This document shows, piece after piece, positions 36,746-41,407 of a stretch of 41,407 nucleotides of DNA. The stretch is taken from contig JASJGT010000268.1 of assembly GCA_033791405.1 (NCBI GenBank), positions 1 to 41,407 on the forward strand. The letters run 5' to 3'. Position numbers and translations under genes: made by a program. The stretch comes from Desulfuromusa sp. GTDB lineage: Bacteria; Desulfobacterota; Desulfuromonadia; Desulfuromonadales; Geopsychrobacteraceae. Position 1 is the stretch's first letter; each line of letters opens with the position of its first letter. The notes under the pieces are model-generated. The model saw only the letters and a program-made list of their open reading frames with translations, did not search any database and was not told where the DNA came from.

Positions 36746-37738
36746 ATGAATCTGCTCGCTTCTAACAAACAAAGAATATCCAGCCGTCGCAACCGTCTGC
36801 TTATTCTCTGCTTAATGCTGTCATTCGGTCTACATTTGCTGATATTTTTGTTTCTGACGTATCTGCCAGAGCAGAGCAAAGAGCAAACATGGCAACGACA
36901 ACCAACAATTGTCCGCCTGGTTGAAAAACCAATAACAGTAAAAAAACCACAAGTAACAAAGAAGCAAGAATTTGAGATAGATCAACAACCAGTCACACCA
37001 GAGCCAGAGGTTCCAGTGGAATCATTCCGTAAAGCGGAAAGAGACCAGAAGGTAGAAATAGAACAAGCCCCTAAAGGAGACGATGTTCGCGATCAAACAA
37101 CCAAACTACCAACACCTCCCCAACCAAAAAAACAGAAACAACAAGCCTCAAATAAAACAGAACCGAAACAACAACAGATACCAAAGAAACAACCAACTTC
37201 ACCGGCTAAAGATAAATTATTCAAGAAAATAGAAAAAAAACCAGCCCCGATTATCATCCAACCAGATCAGCCAGAAGCTCCTCCACCGACCCTTTCAATG
37301 GAACAACTCCGTCCTGATTCAAGCACTCTGGACCAGATCGCCAGTGGAAGCCAGGCAAATAGAAACCGGATAAAAGAACGGAAGGATGTTGAAATTGGCG
37401 ACACCGTCTGGCTTGATTTACAGAGTAATCTGCTCGTTTCATTTTTTCGAAGATTTCATGATCAGGTGGAACTCGTCTGGAATTATCCAACCAAGGCGGC
37501 AATGAATGGGATTGAAGGAACCTTAGAATTATTGATCATTGTCAACCAGAAAGGGGAATTGATTGATGTTGATCTCATCCAGACCAGCGGTTCAGACCTT
37601 CTCGATTTTGAGGCTATTCAAGCTGTTTATCGTGGCTCGCCGTTTGGCCCTTTGACTAAATATTATCCACATGAGGAACTTAAAATTCGCGCTCATTTTC
37701 GCTATCAAATTAGTGGTCAATTTATTTACGGTCGCTAA
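36746..37738 (+). CDS. TonB-family energy transducer
   Basis: TM with SFGLH, Pro/Lys/Gln-rich linker, C-terminal WNYP..A...GIEG...SGSDLLD. Confidence 0.9.
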   Translation: MNLLASNKQRISSRRNRLLILCLMLSFGLHLLIFLFLTYLPEQSKEQTWQRQPTIVRLVEKPITVKKPQVTKKQEFEIDQQPVTPEPEVPVESFRKAERDQKVEIEQAPKGDDVRDQTTKLPTPPQPKKQKQQASNKTEPKQQQIPKKQPTSPAKDKLFKKIEKKPAPIIIQPDQPEAPPPTLSMEQLRPDSSTLDQIASGSQANRNRIKERKDVEIGDTVWLDLQSNLLVSFFRRFHDQVELVWNYPTKAAMNGIEGTLELLIIVNQKGELIDVDLIQTSGSDLLDFEAIQAVYRGSPFGPLTKYYPHEELKIRAHFRYQISGQFIYGR

Positions 37739-37740
37739 AC

Positions 37741-37769
37741 AAAAAAATGCCCGACAAAGCCGGGCATTT
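37741..37769 (-). terminator. Terminator of the gcv operon (probably bidirectional)
   Basis: Minus strand AAATGCCCGGC-TTT-GTCGGGCATTTTTTT. Confidence 0.85.
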
Positions 37770-37794
37770 AATCCACAATGAGAATCTACCAGCC

Positions 37795-39252
37795 TTATTG
37801 GCCTTCCCAACGCAAAATTGGCTGACGTGCCGCAGCGGTTTCATCCAAACGCTTAACTTTAGCACGAACCGGTGCCTGCTTCAGCAACTCTGGATTCGTT
37901 TTAGCTTCTTCGGCTATTAATAACAGAGCGTCGCAAAACTCGTCTATAGTCTGCTTGCTTTCGGTCTCGGTTGGCTCAATCATCAAGGCACCAGGGACAA
38001 CTAAGGGAAAATAGATAGTCGGTGGGTGATAACCATAATCGATCAGCCGTTTAGCAACATCAAGGGTATGGCAGCCATTTTGTAATCCTTCTTCAGAAAA
38101 AACGACTTCATGGAGAGAGCGTTGCTTATTCGGTAAATCATATTCACCTTCGAGTCTGGCACGAATATAATTTGCATTAAGGACAGCCAGTTCAGTCGCT
38201 CTCTTCAGCCCTTCTCCACCCATAGACAGAATATAACTATAAGCTCGAACTAAAATACCAAAATGGCCATGAAATGATTTCAACCGTCCAATCGACTGGG
38301 GACAATTATATTCCAGTTTAAAACCATCATCTCCTTTAACGACATATGGAACAGGGAGAAACGGAATTAACTTATCAACAACACCAACCGGTCCAGAACC
38401 AGGACCACCGCCACCATGTGGAGTCGAAAAAGTTTTGTGTAAGTTAAAATGCATGACATCAATACCGATATCACCAGGTCGGCTGATACCCATCATCGCA
38501 TTCAAGTTAGCTCCATCGCTATAAACCAGCCCTCCTCGCTCATGGACCAGGTCACAGATCTCACGAATGTCCGCTTCAAACAAGCCGAGAGTATTGGGGT
38601 TAGTCACCATCAATGCAGCAACGTCATCATCCATGACAGCGGCAATCGCTTCTTTGCTCAGAATACCATCTGAAGCGACGGTAATCACTTCATAACCACA
38701 AAGGGCAGATGACGCGGGATTGGTTCCGTGAGCCGTATCTGGAATAATGACCTTATGACGATCCTGGCCATTAGCCTCATGCCAGGCACGAATCATCAAC
38801 ATTCCAGCAAACTCACCTTGAGCGCCAGCTGCTGGCTGTAAAGTGATCGCCGGAAAACCAGAAATTTCACCCAGGTCACGCTGTAAATTGTACATCAATT
38901 CCAGAGCCCCTTGGTTAAGCGCCTCTGGAGTCTGTGGATGGATATCGGTGAAGCCTGGCAGACGTGCTGCCACTTCGTTGACTTTTGGGTTGTACTTCAT
39001 GGTACAGCTGCCAAGGGGATAAAACCCGCTGTCAACACCATAGTTCCAGGTTGACAAACGAGTATAGTGGCGTATCACATCAACCTCTGAAAGCTCTGGA
39101 AAATCAGTAATTTCTTCCCGGATCAAACTACTCTCAGGAGTAACGGCAGGAACATCCAAACTGGCAATACTGTATCCAATGCGTTCAGGTTGAGATTGCT
39201 CAAAGAGTAATTTTTCATCCAGAACTAAACCACGACCTTCTGTATTCATCAT
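37795..39252 (-). CDS. gcvPB: Glycine dehydrogenase (decarboxylating) subunit 2
   Basis: YPLGSCTMKYNP, AHGTNPAS, PLP lysine motif NLHKTFSTPHGGGGPG. Confidence 0.98.
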   Translation of the reverse strand: MMNTEGRGLVLDEKLLFEQSQPERIGYSIASLDVPAVTPESSLIREEITDFPELSEVDVIRHYTRLSTWNYGVDSGFYPLGSCTMKYNPKVNEVAARLPGFTDIHPQTPEALNQGALELMYNLQRDLGEISGFPAITLQPAAGAQGEFAGMLMIRAWHEANGQDRHKVIIPDTAHGTNPASSALCGYEVITVASDGILSKEAIAAVMDDDVAALMVTNPNTLGLFEADIREICDLVHERGGLVYSDGANLNAMMGISRPGDIGIDVMHFNLHKTFSTPHGGGGPGSGPVGVVDKLIPFLPVPYVVKGDDGFKLEYNCPQSIGRLKSFHGHFGILVRAYSYILSMGGEGLKRATELAVLNANYIRARLEGEYDLPNKQRSLHEVVFSEEGLQNGCHTLDVAKRLIDYGYHPPTIYFPLVVPGALMIEPTETESKQTIDEFCDALLLIAEEAKTNPELLKQAPVRAKVKRLDETAAARQPILRWEGQ

Positions 39253-40598
39253 GATTCACCTCCCGCCAGTGCGATCACAAGTCGATCAATTTGCTCCTGA
39301 CTGTTCTGTTCCGTAACGCAGATCAACAAGCCATTTTCTAAATCAGAATAATCCCTACCAAGGGAAATACCAGCCAAGACACCCTGTTGTTCTAAGCGTT
39401 TTTTCAAATCAGCAACCGGCTCGTCACAGAGAATGACAAACTCATTGAATGATTCACCGGGGAATGCCGTAGAAAAACCATCCTGTTGACTAATTTTTTC
39501 TTTGGCATATGCCGCCTTTGCATAGTTGACCTCTGCCAACCGACGTAGTCCTTGCTTGCCATGCAGAGCAAGATAGATGGCAACCATCAAAACACACATC
39601 CCCTGATTGGAACATATATTGGAAGTCGCTTTTTCACGTCTGATATGTTGTTCACGGGTCGCTAAAGTAAGAACAAAACCTCGCTTACCATCTTTATCCA
39701 CCGTTTGACCTACCAGCCGGCCAGGGAGAGCCCGCATATCCTTCTTACGTACAGCAAAGAAACCGATTCCAGGACCACCATAAGAGAGGGGAATACCGAA
39801 GCTCTGTCCCTCACCCACAACAATATCTGCATCCAGTTCACCGGGTGATTTGTACAACGCCAAAGCTAGTGGTTCAGGAACAGCTGCCACCAAACGTGCC
39901 CCGGAAGCATGGGTCAACTCAGCAATAGCTGCAAGGGCCTCAATCTGCCCAAAATAGTTCGGATAACCAACAACCACCGCAGCGATCTGATCATTCAACA
40001 TGTTTTGCAGTTCAGCTTGATCAGTCACACCCGATTGTAACGGAACGTCTAGCAGCTCTATATTGAGGTAACGACAATAGGTTGCAACTGTCTCTCGATA
40101 TTGTGGAGGTAACCCTTGCGACAACAAAACTTTGTTGCGCTTTTTCCCGGCACGAATAGTCAACAAAACTGCTTCAGCACAGGCAGAAGCCCCGTCATAC
40201 ATTGATGCGTTGGCAACATCCATCCCAGTCAGTTGACAGATCATCGTTTGAAACTCAAAGACAGCTTGCAAAGTCCCCTGGCTAATCTCTGGCTGATAGG
40301 GAGTATAGGCGGTATAAAATTCACTCCGACTGACCAGTTGATCAACAACCGCCGGAATAAAATGATTATAAGCTCCTCCACCAAGAAAAGAATCCCAATC
40401 AGACGTCTTGGTATTTCGCTCAGCAAGCCCGCGCAAAAAAGCTAATGATTCAGATTCTGACATTGCTGCAGGCAAATCAAGACCTCTTTTCAACCGACAA
40501 TCCTCTGGGATACCAGAAAAGAGTTCTTCAATGCTCGACACCCCAATCCGGTCGAGCATTTGCTGCACATCCACATCAGTATGAGGCAGATAACGCAT
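39249..40598 (-). CDS. gcvPA: Glycine dehydrogenase (decarboxylating) subunit 1
   Basis: MRYLPHT, YTAYTPYQPEISQG, REQHIRREKATSNIC. Confidence 0.98.
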   Translation of the reverse strand: MRYLPHTDVDVQQMLDRIGVSSIEELFSGIPEDCRLKRGLDLPAAMSESESLAFLRGLAERNTKTSDWDSFLGGGAYNHFIPAVVDQLVSRSEFYTAYTPYQPEISQGTLQAVFEFQTMICQLTGMDVANASMYDGASACAEAVLLTIRAGKKRNKVLLSQGLPPQYRETVATYCRYLNIELLDVPLQSGVTDQAELQNMLNDQIAAVVVGYPNYFGQIEALAAIAELTHASGARLVAAVPEPLALALYKSPGELDADIVVGEGQSFGIPLSYGGPGIGFFAVRKKDMRALPGRLVGQTVDKDGKRGFVLTLATREQHIRREKATSNICSNQGMCVLMVAIYLALHGKQGLRRLAEVNYAKAAYAKEKISQQDGFSTAFPGESFNEFVILCDEPVADLKKRLEQQGVLAGISLGRDYSDLENGLLICVTEQNSQEQIDRLVIALAGGES

Positions 40599-40655
40599 AA
40601 CTATCCTTTCAATTAATACATTAACTTTAAACAGCTAAGTGTTTAATTTTTTATA

Positions 40656-41039
40656 TTAATCTTTCTCAACAAAATCCTGATAGGATGAGACATCCATCAG
40701 ATTATCCAGATCAGTCGTATCACCCAACTTAATTTTGATCATCCAACCATCCTCATAAGGAGAAGTATTCACTGCCTCTGGCTCGTCGGGAAGTTCTTCA
40801 TTTACCGCTACAACTTCACCACTAACCGGGGCGTAAACATCAGAGACGGCCTTGACAGATTCAACGACACCAAACGTCTTTCCTGCTTCCAAAGTATCAC
40901 CCACTTCAGGCAGCTCAACAAAGACAATATCACCCAGCTGATCCTGAGCAAAATCGGAGATACCGATAGTAACAACATCGTCTTCGATCAGTACCCACTC
41001 ATGATCTTCGGTGTATTTGAGTTCTTCTGGAAAATTCAT
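40656..41039 (-). CDS. gcvH: Glycine cleavage system H protein
   Basis: HEWV, lipoyl motif VESVKA, SPYEDGW. Start at ATG 41039, behind GAGGAGG. Confidence 0.97.
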   Translation of the reverse strand: MNFPEELKYTEDHEWVLIEDDVVTIGISDFAQDQLGDIVFVELPEVGDTLEAGKTFGVVESVKAVSDVYAPVSGEVVAVNEELPDEPEAVNTSPYEDGWMIKIKLGDTTDLDNLMDVSSYQDFVEKD

Positions 41040-41076
41040 TATATCCTCCTCAATAGAAAGGCCCACAGGGCATATA

Positions 41077-41407
41077 TTATTTTACAAATGGTAAGGTGGT
41101 TCGCTCGACTGGGATTTGACGTGTACGAATCCCAATTTCCAGTGGTTGGTCACTGTCCGCTATAGCCGTTTCTATTAAAGCTAGCGCAATACCTTTTTTT
41201 AAACTCGGAGACATAGTACCGCTGGTGACATAACCAACTTCACGTCCGTTGCAAAGAACGGGGTACCCTTCACGCGGAACCCCAGAAGTCGTTACCGTCA
41301 GGGCAATCAGCTTACGCGGTAGGCCTGCCTCTTTTGCTTTGAGCATGGCATCACGACCGACAAAGTTCCCCTTTTTCAGCTTGGTAATCCACCCTAAGCG
41401 TGCCTCA
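41077..41407 (-). CDS. gcvT: Glycine cleavage aminomethyltransferase T, C-terminal part (5' end outside window)
   Basis: PREGYPV, VGYVTSGTMSPSL, LPFVK. The frame stays open to the window edge. Confidence 0.93.
   Translation of the reverse strand, partial: EARLGWITKLKKGNFVGRDAMLKAKEAGLPRKLIALTVTTSGVPREGYPVLCNGREVGYVTSGTMSPSLKKGIALALIETAIADSDQPLEIGIRTRQIPVERTTLPFVK

Noticed and set aside
37080-37290. A/C-rich low-complexity stretch as a repeat element
   Set aside because: It encodes the normal Pro/Lys/Gln linker of TonB.
1-41407. tRNA, rRNA, riboswitches, IS elements, sigma54 promoters
   Set aside because: None recognised by eye in the intergenic gaps. A covariance-model scan would be needed to exclude them.

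Overview
Chromosomal window from a probable Desulfuromonadales deltaproteobacterium (inferred from GSU3473-like small proteins, a small class III cytochrome c and the gene order). The first 3.8 kb is accessory. It holds a complete integron: a long-form IntI at 2471-3796 (+) and three minus-strand cassettes, each with a recognisable attC and a matching cassette-closing core, followed by a terminator and a decayed AEC-transporter remnant. The middle cassette encodes a 37-aa lipobox peptide that the ORF track missed, plus about 180 nt of structured non-coding sequence. The probable attI core reads GTA rather than GTT. The rest is mostly core genome: moaD-like + AOR-family oxidoreductase, lytic transglycosylase, feoAB with a Fur-like box, a sigma54 two-component pair, ispB, an XRE-TM protein, a tetraheme cytochrome c3, CBS-PPase, ArsR, tautomerase, xseA-xseB-ispA-dxs, a ParA-like ATPase, pta-ftsEX-envC-ctpA-deacetylase, tonB and gcvT-H-PA-PB. 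The best non-integron novelty is a candidate ~70-nt sRNA (about 16686-16756). It has a consensus sigma70 promoter and an anti-Shine-Dalgarno terminator loop. All family calls come from motif recognition by eye, and no searches were run.
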